Below are positions 53,533 to 62,542 of a stretch of 64,000 nucleotides of DNA, one piece after another; the first letter of the stretch is position 1; the number at the start of each line of letters is the position of its first letter. The notes beneath the pieces are model-generated. The model worked only from the letters and a program-made list of their open reading frames with translations. It searched no databases and had not been told where the DNA came from. Position numbers and translations under genes: made by a program. Source of the stretch: Nitrospirales bacterium (lineage in GTDB: Bacteria; Nitrospirota; Nitrospiria; Nitrospirales; UBA8639); assembly GCA_963422365.1 (NCBI GenBank), contig OY729426.1, positions 1,563,380 through 1,627,379 of the forward strand, in the 5' to 3' direction.

Positions 53533-54550
53533 TGACAGTCATCGTGGGATCGCGGAGTTGAGCCAAGCGGCTTAAAGGAACACGGGCCACCTGAACACTC
53601 TGAAGCGGCAGCAGTTCAGGCGCAGCCGTCACATGAGGATTCAGGGGATATTCTTTGTTCACGTTCGCGAACATGCGTTGCCCTTTGGGAGAGATAAGAA
53701 ATCGGATCAAGGCCTGAGCCTGCGCAAGGCGTTTGGTGTGCGCAGTGATGCCAATTCCCGCGGCATTGAGAATAACGCCCATACCCTGATTCCCTTGATC
53801 GGTCAGCAGCGGGGCAATCGGTGCATCGGGGTGTTGGGCCAGATGACGGTTAATATAATAATGATTGACCAGACCTGCGGCCACTTCCCCGCGTGCCACG
53901 GCTGCCACAATTTGCCGATTTTTCCCATAGACAAATGACCCTGCATTGTCCTTTAAACCTCGCAGGAACGTGGTGGTCGCCTCATTCCCCTTCACTGCAC
54001 GAATAACCGACACGCCGTTCTGCAAGTAGACGCTGCCTGCACTGGGAATCGCGAGGTTACCTTTCCATTTCGGGTCGGCGAGATCCAGAATAGAGGAGAG
54101 ATCGCCGGGGTGGACCATGGCGGTGTTATAGACGATCACCCAAAGTCGACCTGATAAGCCAATCCAACTATTGTCCGGTGCCCGGAATCGGCTGGGAATG
54201 CTTTTCTCAAGGTCAGGAATGGTACTGGTTTGGAGCAGCTGTAATTCACGCGCGCGCTCCAAGGTTCCGGCGTCATTGGTAATGAGGACGTCAGATGGAG
54301 TCCGATCCCCTTCCATCCGAAGCCGGTTGATCAACGCCGTGCTGTCCGCAGTCAGCATTTGAATGCTGATGTCCGATTCGGCTTGAAACGCATCGAGTAC
54401 CGGTTGAATGAGCCGTTCGGCTCGGCCGGAGTAGACCACCAGCGTATCCCCGGCATAGCCCAAGGACGGGAGGGCGAGGGCTGCCACGAAGAACAAACAG
54501 ACTTTTCGAATGAAGATGATGAGACGATTGTCGCGAATCCGTTGTCTCAA
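53510..54550 (-). CDS. fbpA: Fe(3+) ABC transporter periplasmic substrate-binding protein
   Basis: Signal peptide ...VCLFFVAALALPSLGYAG followed by DTLVVYSGRAERLIQPVLDAFQ. A TTG at 54550 overlaps the fur stop (TTGA); the track ORF extends to an ATG at 54601 inside fur. Confidence 0.8.
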   Translation of the reverse strand: MRQRIRDNRLIIFIRKVCLFFVAALALPSLGYAGDTLVVYSGRAERLIQPVLDAFQAESDISIQMLTADSTALINRLRMEGDRTPSDVLITNDAGTLERARELQLLQTSTIPDLEKSIPSRFRAPDNSWIGLSGRLWVIVYNTAMVHPGDLSSILDLADPKWKGNLAIPSAGSVYLQNGVSVIRAVKGNEATTTFLRGLKDNAGSFVYGKNRQIVAAVARGEVAAGLVNHYYINRHLAQHPDAPIAPLLTDQGNQGMGVILNAAGIGITAHTKRLAQAQALIRFLISPKGQRMFANVNKEYPLNPHVTAAPELLPLQSVQVARVPLSRLAQLRDPTMTVIEDVGLR

Positions 54551-55035
54551 CGTCGTTCTATCCTTGCATTGGCGATCAAGTCTCGCCCGCAATTTTTGCA
54601 CTCACCCTTCGGCAATTGTATGGGGGTCCCATATAGTTCTAGTTTATGGGTATGAATCGTAAAACCGTTATTTCTCGCGACTTCTTCTTGTAATGCTTCA
54701 ATCTGGCAATTCTCGAATTCTATGATTTTATCACACACCGTGCAGATGAGATGATCATGGTGCCCTTTGTGGGCCACATTATCGAACTGAGTCTGATTGC
54801 CGAAATGTTGCTCTTGCGCGAGGCCGGTCTCGCACAGAAGTTTAAGCGTGCGGTAGACCGTGGCAAGGCCGATATGGGGGTTCTTCTTGGAGAGCAGCCG
54901 ATACATCTGTTCGGCCGTTACGTGTTCCATCTTCAAAAAGGTCTTGAGAATGTTCTCACGTTGGCGGGTCAGCTTAAGGCTGTTTTTAGAAAGGTGTTGC
55001 TTGAGAATCTCGAGTTCTTTGATGGGCTTTGCCAT
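54547..55035 (-). CDS. fur: Fur-family metalloregulator
   Basis: LKLTRQRENILKTF...VTAEQMY...IGLATVYRTLKLL...HHDHLICTVCDKIIEF and a C-terminal CKNC. The ATG at 55035 (MAKPIKEL) is preferred. Confidence 0.85.
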   Translation of the reverse strand: MAKPIKELEILKQHLSKNSLKLTRQRENILKTFLKMEHVTAEQMYRLLSKKNPHIGLATVYRTLKLLCETGLAQEQHFGNQTQFDNVAHKGHHDHLICTVCDKIIEFENCQIEALQEEVARNNGFTIHTHKLELYGTPIQLPKGECKNCGRDLIANARIERR

Positions 55036-55066
55036 ACCAATAAATTCCCATGTGTATAGAAAAGCT

Positions 55067-55095
55067 ATTAAACCGAAATATGGTCGAAGGGTCAA
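55067..55095 (-). promoter_or_regulatory. Candidate sigma-70 promoter of the fur-fbpABC operon
   Basis: Minus strand: TTGACC, 17 nt, TTTAAT, about 30 nt upstream of the fur ATG. Confidence 0.3.
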
Positions 55096-55204
55096 GCCAG
55101 CAGTGAACGTCATTGAGAGTGATGACAGTTTTTTTTAGCAAGAGACTCTCTTGCCCGGACCGTATTTGCAGCCATGCGTATCTCTCGCTACCTTAAAAGC
55201 TGTC

Positions 55205-56112
55205 ATGGCGTATCCTTATCGCTACCAGGCTGCCGACTACAACCGAGCCTTTGCCATCGGGGTGTCACTCAATCTTGTCTTTGTCTTTATTGAAGCGGGG
55301 TGTGGCATCGTGACGAACTCACTGGTGCTGGTGGCCGATGCCGGACACAACCTGAGCGATGTCTTGAGCCTCCTCCTGGCCTGGGGAGCTCGTGTCTTGG
55401 CCCGCCCGTAAACCCACACCGAGGCGGAGCTATGGTTTTCGGCGGGTGACGATTTTCGCCTCACTGCTGAGTGCCATCCTGTTGCTGATGACACTTGGTG
55501 CTGTCGCCTGGGAGGCGATTGGACGGCTGGACGCGCCTCTGCCGGTCAGTGGCGTCACGATCCTTATGGTTGCCGGTATCGGCGTGGTGATTAACGTGTG
55601 GACCGCGTTCCTCTTTCTGTCAGGTCGCAAGCACGACCTCAATATTCGGGGGGGGGGCGCATTTGCATATGGTGGCTGACGCAGGAGTCTCGCTTGGGGT
55701 GATGATCGCGGGTCTCGCCATCATGGCCACGGGCTGGTTGTGGCTGGATCCTGCGATTAGTCTGCTCATGAGCGCGCTTATTCTTGTGGGTACCTGGGAT
55801 TTGTTACGCGACTCGGTTAACCTCGCCCTTGATTCAGTGCCGGATAATATTGATCCGAGGGCAGTCGAATCCTATCTGATTGGACTGCCGGATGTGCTCA
55901 GAGTCCACGATTTGCATATCTGGGCAATGAGCACGACGGAAGTTGCCATGACCGTTCATCTGGTCGTCCCTCATATCTCCACCGATAATAGGTTTCTGCG
56001 GCACATCTCGCATACTTTGCATGATCGATTTGGCATTGCCCATTCTACTCTGCAAATCGAACGGGGCGAAGAAGAGGAATTTTGCAAACAGGCGCATCCC
56101 GAGAATGTTTGA
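55205..56112 (+). pseudogene. czcD: Cation diffusion facilitator (CzcD/ZitB-like) split over three frames
   Basis: Consecutive CDF segments lie in three frames. They are ...ADAGHNLSDVLSLLLAWGARVLAR | (R)KPTPRRSYGFRRVTIFASL...LNIRG | AHLHMVADAGVSLGV...HDLHIW.... The breaks are at about 55403..55410 and at the G10 run 55648..55657. Confidence 0.8.
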
Positions 56113-56185
56113 GAAAGTAGGAGTCTTCGCGTTGACGATTTCTCTTGTGGCTCGTTAGGATCACCCCCATCCCGAGTCACTCATT

Positions 56186-56755
56186 ATGCGAAAACCTCAG
56201 GAAATCACTATTGATCGGACATTGCTGGTCTATGGGCTGCACTTGGCCCAGGACAAAGAATGTTCCATGGTCAGCGATGTCAAGGTGCAACAGCTGGTCT
56301 TTTTGGCTGAGTTGCAAATGCTTGGAAAAGGGGTACGCGGATTGCATTATGAATTTATGCGGTTCCCCTATGGGGCATTCAGTAAAGACCTCGATAATGA
56401 TTTGCTGGCACTGCGTAAAAAAGAACGGTTGCAGAATTTTGATGTCGTTGGGTCGGCGGAAGAGTGTATCCCTTTATTAGATGAAGAGATGGCTTCAGGA
56501 AGCGAGGCGAACGAACAAATTATGGAAATCCTGCAAGACGTCGTGGAGACCTATGGGCCTCAAGAGGTGGGGGAGATCACGAAATCCGTGGAAGACCTTG
56601 AAATCAGCGTGATCGATCGACCCGAAGAAAAATTGTGTGTTCGGGACATTCCGTTTCATTCTATCGTGCTAGTCCCCTCCCGCATCGATGTCACCGGAGA
56701 ATTTTCTGTTTCTCCCAAAACCTTGTCTCTCCTGAATAGGGCGCTTGGCTCATAG
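56186..56755 (+). CDS. Panacea (DUF4065/SocA-like) domain protein with an acidic C-terminal extension
   Basis: VKVQQLVFLAELQMLGKGVRGLHYEFMRFPYGAFSKDLDNDL fits the KLQKLLYyAq...G.pL..e.F.AW.yGPV...vY pattern of DUF4065. Confidence 0.55.
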   Translation: MRKPQEITIDRTLLVYGLHLAQDKECSMVSDVKVQQLVFLAELQMLGKGVRGLHYEFMRFPYGAFSKDLDNDLLALRKKERLQNFDVVGSAEECIPLLDEEMASGSEANEQIMEILQDVVETYGPQEVGEITKSVEDLEISVIDRPEEKLCVRDIPFHSIVLVPSRIDVTGEFSVSPKTLSLLNRALGS

Positions 56756-56759
56756 CAGG

Positions 56760-57110
56760 CTCTCGTCATTCCTGTATGTGTTCAGTTCTCCGATTAAAAA
56801 CGTCGGGGACAGGCATTCGTTGACAGAATAAGGGATTGACCGCCGTCTCTTTCTGTTGTAGCAGCGACATCCCCTGATCAAGTCGAGGGCAGGCTCATGG
56901 TGCGTTCTTCTTGGCCGCATAAGATGCGCGGCCCTACATGGACTGGATTCCCGATGACAACTGTCGAGAATGCTAGAGGGGGGAGAGAGCCTGTCCACGA
57001 CTGGATCCCCTCCCGGGTCAAGGCCAGGGACATGGCTAAATTTGTCCGCGGCATTTGTTATTGGGGAAACTGCGGGGGAAGGGACGGGAATGACCGGAGG
57101 GAATAATAAA
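56760..57110. repeat. Mosaic repeat cluster
   Basis: cgtcattcctgtatgtgttcagt (56764..56786, identical to 31004..31026); inverted ccccgacgtttttaatcgg unit; cattcgttgaca; cttcttggccgcataagatgcgcggccctaca; ggattcccgatgacaactgtcgagaat; catttgttattggggaaactgcggggg...gggaatgacc. Confidence 0.85.
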
Positions 57111-57181
57111 AGCGGAGCTGGGCCATGTTGACCCAACTCCGCAGGCTCCCAGCACCGCATGCTCGATAAACAATCCGCCAG

Positions 57182-57502
57182 TTACTGTGATGTAGGTACT
57201 GAGACAGAGTTCCCAATCATGAGGCGTTCCTTCATCTTTGCGTACGTTTTCTTGCCAATGCCCTTGACCTTCACTAATTCCTCCACGCTCTTGAACGGAC
57301 CATTGGTGGTTCGGTATTCAACAATCCGCTTAGCCAACCCTTTACCGATTCCCGGCAGTTGTTGAAGCTGTTTGGTAGTGGTGGCGTTCAGATCTATCTT
57401 GACCTCGCTCGCGAAGGCCATTCCGGAAAAGCTGACGATGAGCATGAGCGCAAGCATGTTGAGTGTGAAGTAGGACCGACTCAGTTGGTGAATGTGTCTC
57501 AT
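57182..57502 (-). CDS. comEA: ComEA-like helix-hairpin-helix DNA-binding protein
   Basis: AGGAGG SD and a signal/anchor sequence. Then INLNATTTKQLQQLPGIGKGLAKRIVEYRTTNGPFKSVEELVKVKGIGKKTYAKMK, a tandem HhH. Confidence 0.8.
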   Translation of the reverse strand: MRHIHQLSRSYFTLNMLALMLIVSFSGMAFASEVKIDLNATTTKQLQQLPGIGKGLAKRIVEYRTTNGPFKSVEELVKVKGIGKKTYAKMKERLMIGNSVSVPTSQ

Positions 57503-57784
57503 GGTTATTCCTCCTTTGAAAGGCGTGAACGGAAAAAGTAGCGCCAATGATTGGTCTATAAGCAAAGAGCATGCCGAAAAAACGAGAAAACGAGTTATTC
57601 GGAAAAGCATTTGATTGATAAGGGGTTTTTGTTCATTCCATTCTGGCTGGTCCGGCAGGCGTGGTTCTGAGAAACACAACGAATTGTCTACCTTGATAGA
57701 CAGTTTTGTATCTTGACAGTCAGGCGAGGGAAGTTTTTGTGGATGAGGCCGGCGAACCGAGTTCAGAACAAGATGCCATAGTGG

Positions 57785-59329
57785 TCATCGAGTGATGGTG
57801 AAGCCGTAAATTTCCCCGATTTTGGTCCGGAGGTATACTAAGAACGGCTCCACGCTTAGCGAATGTCCGGTGATTCGGTGAAGGAGGTCGGTGGATGAAT
57901 ACTGCCGTCCACATTGATGGATGTGGTGGTTCAGCCAGGCTTTGAGTGAAAGCAGATGGCCTTGTTGGATTTCGGTTTCCAGTGCAGGGATGTCTTGACA
58001 AGCCTGCTGAAAAAACATCGCGGCATAGAGGTTGCCCAGGGTATACGTGGGGAAGTAGCCCAATGCTCCAAGGGACCAATGAACGTCTTGCAGCACACCC
58101 TCGGCATCGCGTTTGGGGACAATCCCAAGATATTCCTGCATCTTCTCCCGCCACAGATCAGGCAGGTCTTCGACCTTGACCCGTTGTTCAATCAAGGCTA
58201 ACTCTATTTCAAAACGCACCATAATGTGTAGATTGTAAGTAACTTCGTCCGCCTCCACCCGAATCAGAGATGGTTTCACCGCATTCAAGGCGGCATAGAA
58301 GGTGTCCAAGGACACCGCCCCGAGTTGTGACGGAAAGTGTTGTTGCAGCAGTGGGAAAAAATGTGTCCAGAAGGCTCTGGACCGCCCCACGCTGTTCTCC
58401 CATAACCGTGATTGGCTTTCATGTATGCCGAGAGAAAGTGCTTCACCCAAGGGGGTACCATACTGCTCTTGGGGCAGGCCTTGAGCATAGAGACCGTGTC
58501 CGCCCTCATGGAGGCAACTCAACAGGCAGGAGGAGAGATCCTTGTCAAAGACGCGCGTTGTCACGCGTACATCAGTGGGGTGAAAAGACGTGGTAAAGGG
58601 GTGGGCGGAGAGATCCAAACGTCCTCGGTTGAAGTCATACCCCATACCGTGGAGCACCAGGTTCCCAAACGCGACTTGCTGTGTTTTATCGTAGGCTTGA
58701 AACAAGATCCGATCATCCGGCGGCGAAGAGGATTCTTGGACGTGTTTCAAAAGCACAATTAATCCGTCACGAAGAGTGGCAAAGAGGGGCTGTAGCTGGG
58801 CCACGGTGGCTCCAGGCTCGTAGGTGTCCAATAAGGTATCGTAGGGGGAATCCTCGTAGCCTCTGGAGTCAATCTCTTCAAATTTCAAGGCGATGATCGT
58901 CCGAAGGTTGGGGAGAAAGTGCATGAAGTCGTTGCGTCGGCGTGCCTCGGCCCACACTTGCTGGGCCAGGGAACATTCGCGCTCCAGGCGATTCACAAAA
59001 TCTGAGGAGAGCTTTTTGGCTCTGCTGAAGTCACGCCAGGTTTCCCGAAGCAGGGCCTTGGATGCGTCATCGAATCCAGCGGCGTCGGTGTTGGCGAAAC
59101 CAGTTGTTGGATCAATATGGTGCAATAAGAGGTCTCCAATTTCGGGGGCCACAAACTTGGCGTGGGCCAGGGTCTGAAGCGTGGCAAGTTGCTCGGCACG
59201 GGTTTGACCTCCGCCGGCCGGCATGTAGGTTTCTTGATCCCAAGACAGCAGGGCTGCGGCATCCTTGAGGTGTTGTATTTCTAAGAGTTTAGACTTTAAG
59301 GTCATCAGTGCTTGCGTGGGGTTGGGCAT
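57785..59329 (-). CDS. M32 carboxypeptidase (Taq-type thermostable carboxypeptidase 1 family)
   Basis: HEGGHGLY zinc motif, HESQSRLWEN and IRVEADEVTYNLH. 514 aa. Confidence 0.9.
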   Translation of the reverse strand: MPNPTQALMTLKSKLLEIQHLKDAAALLSWDQETYMPAGGGQTRAEQLATLQTLAHAKFVAPEIGDLLLHHIDPTTGFANTDAAGFDDASKALLRETWRDFSRAKKLSSDFVNRLERECSLAQQVWAEARRRNDFMHFLPNLRTIIALKFEEIDSRGYEDSPYDTLLDTYEPGATVAQLQPLFATLRDGLIVLLKHVQESSSPPDDRILFQAYDKTQQVAFGNLVLHGMGYDFNRGRLDLSAHPFTTSFHPTDVRVTTRVFDKDLSSCLLSCLHEGGHGLYAQGLPQEQYGTPLGEALSLGIHESQSRLWENSVGRSRAFWTHFFPLLQQHFPSQLGAVSLDTFYAALNAVKPSLIRVEADEVTYNLHIMVRFEIELALIEQRVKVEDLPDLWREKMQEYLGIVPKRDAEGVLQDVHWSLGALGYFPTYTLGNLYAAMFFQQACQDIPALETEIQQGHLLSLKAWLNHHIHQCGRQYSSTDLLHRITGHSLSVEPFLVYLRTKIGEIYGFTITR

Positions 59330-59514
59330 AAGACGTGACTCTCGTTATTCAACGCTGGATCATCTCCAATAATGTTTCCGATAGGTGATGGAGAAGGGGA
59401 CTGTACAAAGCGCCACGTTTGAATGCAAGGTGGCGTGTGAAAATGCAGGGTCCTGGGGAACACCTGATTCGTCTCTATCCCTTCATGACAGAAAACCAGA
59501 GAAAGGAGCAGTAT

Positions 59515-59855
59515 ATGAAAGATTTCATTGCGCCTGATATTGAAGCCTATGCGGAGGAACATTCGATGCCGGAATCGGATGTCTGTCGTCGGCTCAGGGA
59601 GGAACCCTATCATTCCGTCGAGCTTCCCGTACATGGTGGTTGGCCAGCTAGAAGGTATCTCCCAAAGGCGTCATGCTCATTGATAATGTGCTCTGGAGTG
59701 GGGAGGGGCTCAAGCACCCGGTACCGGATGGTGTCACTGCGGCGCTTCAAGACTTGAATCGGATCGTAGTTGCCGATCCCCGTGTGACGTCGGTGTTCGT
59801 GACCATCAGAGATGGCGTATTGGTCGTCCGATTCAGCAACGAAAGCCTGCAATAA
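59515..59855 (+). pseudogene. Remnant of a class I SAM-dependent O-methyltransferase (caffeoyl-CoA OMT/YrrM type) with its core deleted
   Basis: The N-terminus (MKDFIAPDIEAYAEEHSMPESDVCRRLREE..., then MVVGQLEG in another frame) is joined directly to the C-terminus (SPKGVMLIDNVLWSGEGLKHP...DPRVTSVFVTIRDGVLVVRF). The SAM-binding Rossmann core in between is absent. Confidence 0.7.
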
Positions 59856-60565
59856 GCTACGATGGACAACCTCTCTGCCATTTGTCTATGTACCTGCCCT
59901 CAAGGGTTTTTCCCACACTAGATTTTGTGGTGTCTATCACGTAGCCACCATGCCCAAAAAACAGGCAAATTGGTGAAATGCCTTCTGTCCTTTCCTTTTT
60001 TTTGGTAGTACAAAACTAATCCACAATGTTGTCCCCATTTTTTGTTGATGAATCATTGCACTCTTCATGTTTCAAATAAAAACAATGAGTTATGATGCTT
60101 GTTTTACGTAATCCACAATAAGTACCTGTGAATAGATGGTGGATGACTGCACAGGTTGGTGAATAACCTGCAGCGTAAGGCGAGAAGATTTTTTTTGATG
60201 ACGATAGAGGCTGATTGTGGGTAGAGTGACCAGGTAAAAAGAGAAAAATGATCCTGATCAACTCCAGCCAAGGCTAGGAGAATTGTGAGTATGAAACAAT
60301 TGATTCACCAAGAGGGATCACAAAGTGGAATGCAGTCTGGTCTACGTGAATCCCTATTCTGGTCGGGATAACGGTCCTTCAACTGCTCCGGAGACGTACG
60401 TATGACATCCTGTTTGAGAACCCGTTCGAATTCTTGGAGGGATCTCGTTTCCCTTAAGAGAGCGGTTTCGATTCAGCAGACTGCTAGTCGATACGGAGTA
60501 CAGGCAAATGACACTCACCCGAGAGGGCGGGGTTCACAATGAATGGTGCGGGCCATGGGAACCGG

Positions 60566-61141
60566 CTAGCGAATCGCTCGGCGTCGAAAGCAATGGGTCG
60601 TATGATCGTTGACCATGCCAGTAGCTTGCATGAACGCGTAGCAAATAATCGAGCCGACGAATTTGAACCCCCGACGTTTCAGGTCCTGACTCATGGCATC
60701 GGAAATCGGTGTGTGACAGGGAACGTCTTTCGGAGATTTCCAGCGATTGCGAATCGGTCGGCCTTTGACGAATTGCCAGATATACTCATCAAAGCTTCCG
60801 ACTTCCTTTTGGACGCGAAGAAAGGCGTGTGCATTTGAAATGGCCGCGTGAATTTTGAGTCGATTCCGAATAATGCCGGGATTGCTTGCCAGGTGGTGCA
60901 CTTTTCGTGCGTCGTACCCGGCGATTGAAGCGGCGTCAAAGTGATCAAAGGCTGTTCGGAACGCTTCGCGTTTTTGCAAAATCGTGTTCCACCTTAACCC
61001 TGCTTGCGCGCCCTCAAGTATGAGAAATTCAAATAACTGCTGATCGTCGTGCAAGGGGACGCCCCATTCATGATCATGGTACTGAATCAGGAGCGTATTG
61101 GTCGCCCAGGAACATCGTGTGGGTGAGGGGTGGTTCATCAC
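60566..61141 (-). CDS. tag: DNA-3-methyladenine glycosylase I
   Basis: YHDHEWGVPLHDDQQLFEFLILEGAQAGLRWNTILQKREAFR is the typical Tag sequence. 191 aa. Confidence 0.9.
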   Translation of the reverse strand: MMNHPSPTRCSWATNTLLIQYHDHEWGVPLHDDQQLFEFLILEGAQAGLRWNTILQKREAFRTAFDHFDAASIAGYDARKVHHLASNPGIIRNRLKIHAAISNAHAFLRVQKEVGSFDEYIWQFVKGRPIRNRWKSPKDVPCHTPISDAMSQDLKRRGFKFVGSIICYAFMQATGMVNDHTTHCFRRRAIR

Positions 61142-61160
61142 AGGCGTTTTCGGTATCCGT

Positions 61161-62351
61161 TTAGTCCCGGTCTTGGTTATGGATCTCGATGATCACAGGG
61201 CAATGATCGGATAATTGTCGATAGGCAAGCGGGTAGTTTCCCTTGATTCGCCGGCATCCCGTCACGGCACAATAGCCGGTGACGCGCGCTGACCGAGTGC
61301 GCACTTCGGCCATGTCCTTTGCCACCAACACGTGATCCAACCAACCGCCCCGACCGCGAAAATAATGCGAGCATTGAGGCTTCAAGGAAAGATCATCAAA
61401 TCCAGGCGTTTCTTTCGCCACCATTCGTCTGAGGTATTTCAATTCAGATCTTCGTGAATGATGATCGCCGGCACCCATGGTATTCAAATCGCCTAGGATG
61501 ATCACGTCTTGATCTTCTTGGAGAAAGCGCGCAACCGTGGTGTCGATACGGTTGAGTGCCCTGTGTCGATCTTCGACCGCAAAGACCGTAGGGCCTGACT
61601 TGAGGTGAAGGCCAACCAAATGAAAGTCCACACCCTGTCGGTGTGTTGATTGAACACGCGCGTAGTGGCCGGGACGGAGTCCGCCCTCGCATGGGTTTTG
61701 CGCGGACAGGGCTCTGCGATTAAAGGGCCAGAGGCTCTGAATGTCAGAGAGCCTCACCCGACTCGCATTCCACAATATCCCCACGTGATGGCCATCAGGC
61801 TTTCCGCATTGTTGAACCGACCATTGCCAACCATCTCCCGTTTGTTGTTCGAGTGCTCTCAAAACCCGATTCCACGAGTTCTGAGCCTTGATGGTTGTTA
61901 AGCTTTCTTGAACGACCAGGATATCCGGTTGCATCCACACAAGGGTGCATGTCAACCATCCTAAATCAGTTGGCGCGGCAGAACGATCCGGTCGGGCAGG
62001 TGGGCTGCCGTAGGGGAACCATCGGATATTCCACGTCCCAAGCCGAAGTGCATCGGGAGCGGGAACGGCCAGACGACCGCCGTTCTCGACAACGTATTCG
62101 CAGTGCGTTGGAGATTTCCAAACCAACGCTTCTTCTTGCGAAGAACTTTGATGGAAAGCAGGGGGGTGTGCCTCTTCATGCGCACCCGGTCCTTGATCGG
62201 TTACGAAGGGGATGTCCTGTTGCACGGATTTTTCGGCACCGTCCGCAAAGGCATCGGCCACGGATACAAAAAAGACATTGTTGACCCCAAACATTGAGAC
62301 GACAATGAGGCTGAAAACCAAAGAGCAACGCTGCATCACGATCTCCCACAT
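61161..62351 (-). CDS. Secreted endonuclease/exonuclease/phosphatase (EEP) family protein
   Basis: Signal peptide, then LRLGTWNIRWF, ILVVQE, VIILGDLN and SDHCPVIIEI (EEP catalytic motifs). The start may be the ATG at 62336. Confidence 0.8.
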   Translation of the reverse strand: MWEIVMQRCSLVFSLIVVSMFGVNNVFFVSVADAFADGAEKSVQQDIPFVTDQGPGAHEEAHPPAFHQSSSQEEALVWKSPTHCEYVVENGGRLAVPAPDALRLGTWNIRWFPYGSPPARPDRSAAPTDLGWLTCTLVWMQPDILVVQESLTTIKAQNSWNRVLRALEQQTGDGWQWSVQQCGKPDGHHVGILWNASRVRLSDIQSLWPFNRRALSAQNPCEGGLRPGHYARVQSTHRQGVDFHLVGLHLKSGPTVFAVEDRHRALNRIDTTVARFLQEDQDVIILGDLNTMGAGDHHSRRSELKYLRRMVAKETPGFDDLSLKPQCSHYFRGRGGWLDHVLVAKDMAEVRTRSARVTGYCAVTGCRRIKGNYPLAYRQLSDHCPVIIEIHNQDRD

Positions 62352-62542
62352 AAACCACTCATTTGCCCATACATACTAAACCGTGGTCAAGCAAGCATGC
62401 CCTGGGCCACGACCCGGGGGCGTGCAGACCGGTAGTCTCGTCTCAGCCATTGGTTGTTGAGGCGTGGACCGACGCGTTATGCTTTTTGAATAATCGGGTG
62501 CCGTGTGGTCAAAAACGTGAAGAGTGCTGATTGAGGTGAAAG

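Noticed and set aside
55109-55143. Terminator-like hairpin plus T8 just upstream of czcD
   Set aside because: The stem is only 5 bp (gtcat/atgac) plus two G-U pairs, and no plus-strand gene ends upstream. It may be an operator palindrome, but the evidence is too thin to call.
56145-56480. 111-aa plus-strand ORF overlapping the Panacea-domain gene
   Set aside because: It is in a different frame from a gene with a recognisable domain, and its composition is Cys/Trp-rich and implausible.
60016-60261. 81-aa minus-strand ORF
   Set aside because: It lies in an AT-rich region, with odd composition, no SD and no similarity recognised.
60420-60440. tRNA-like GTTCGAAT T-loop motif
   Set aside because: The flanking sequence cannot be folded into a T-arm or acceptor stem. 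No cloverleaf is possible.
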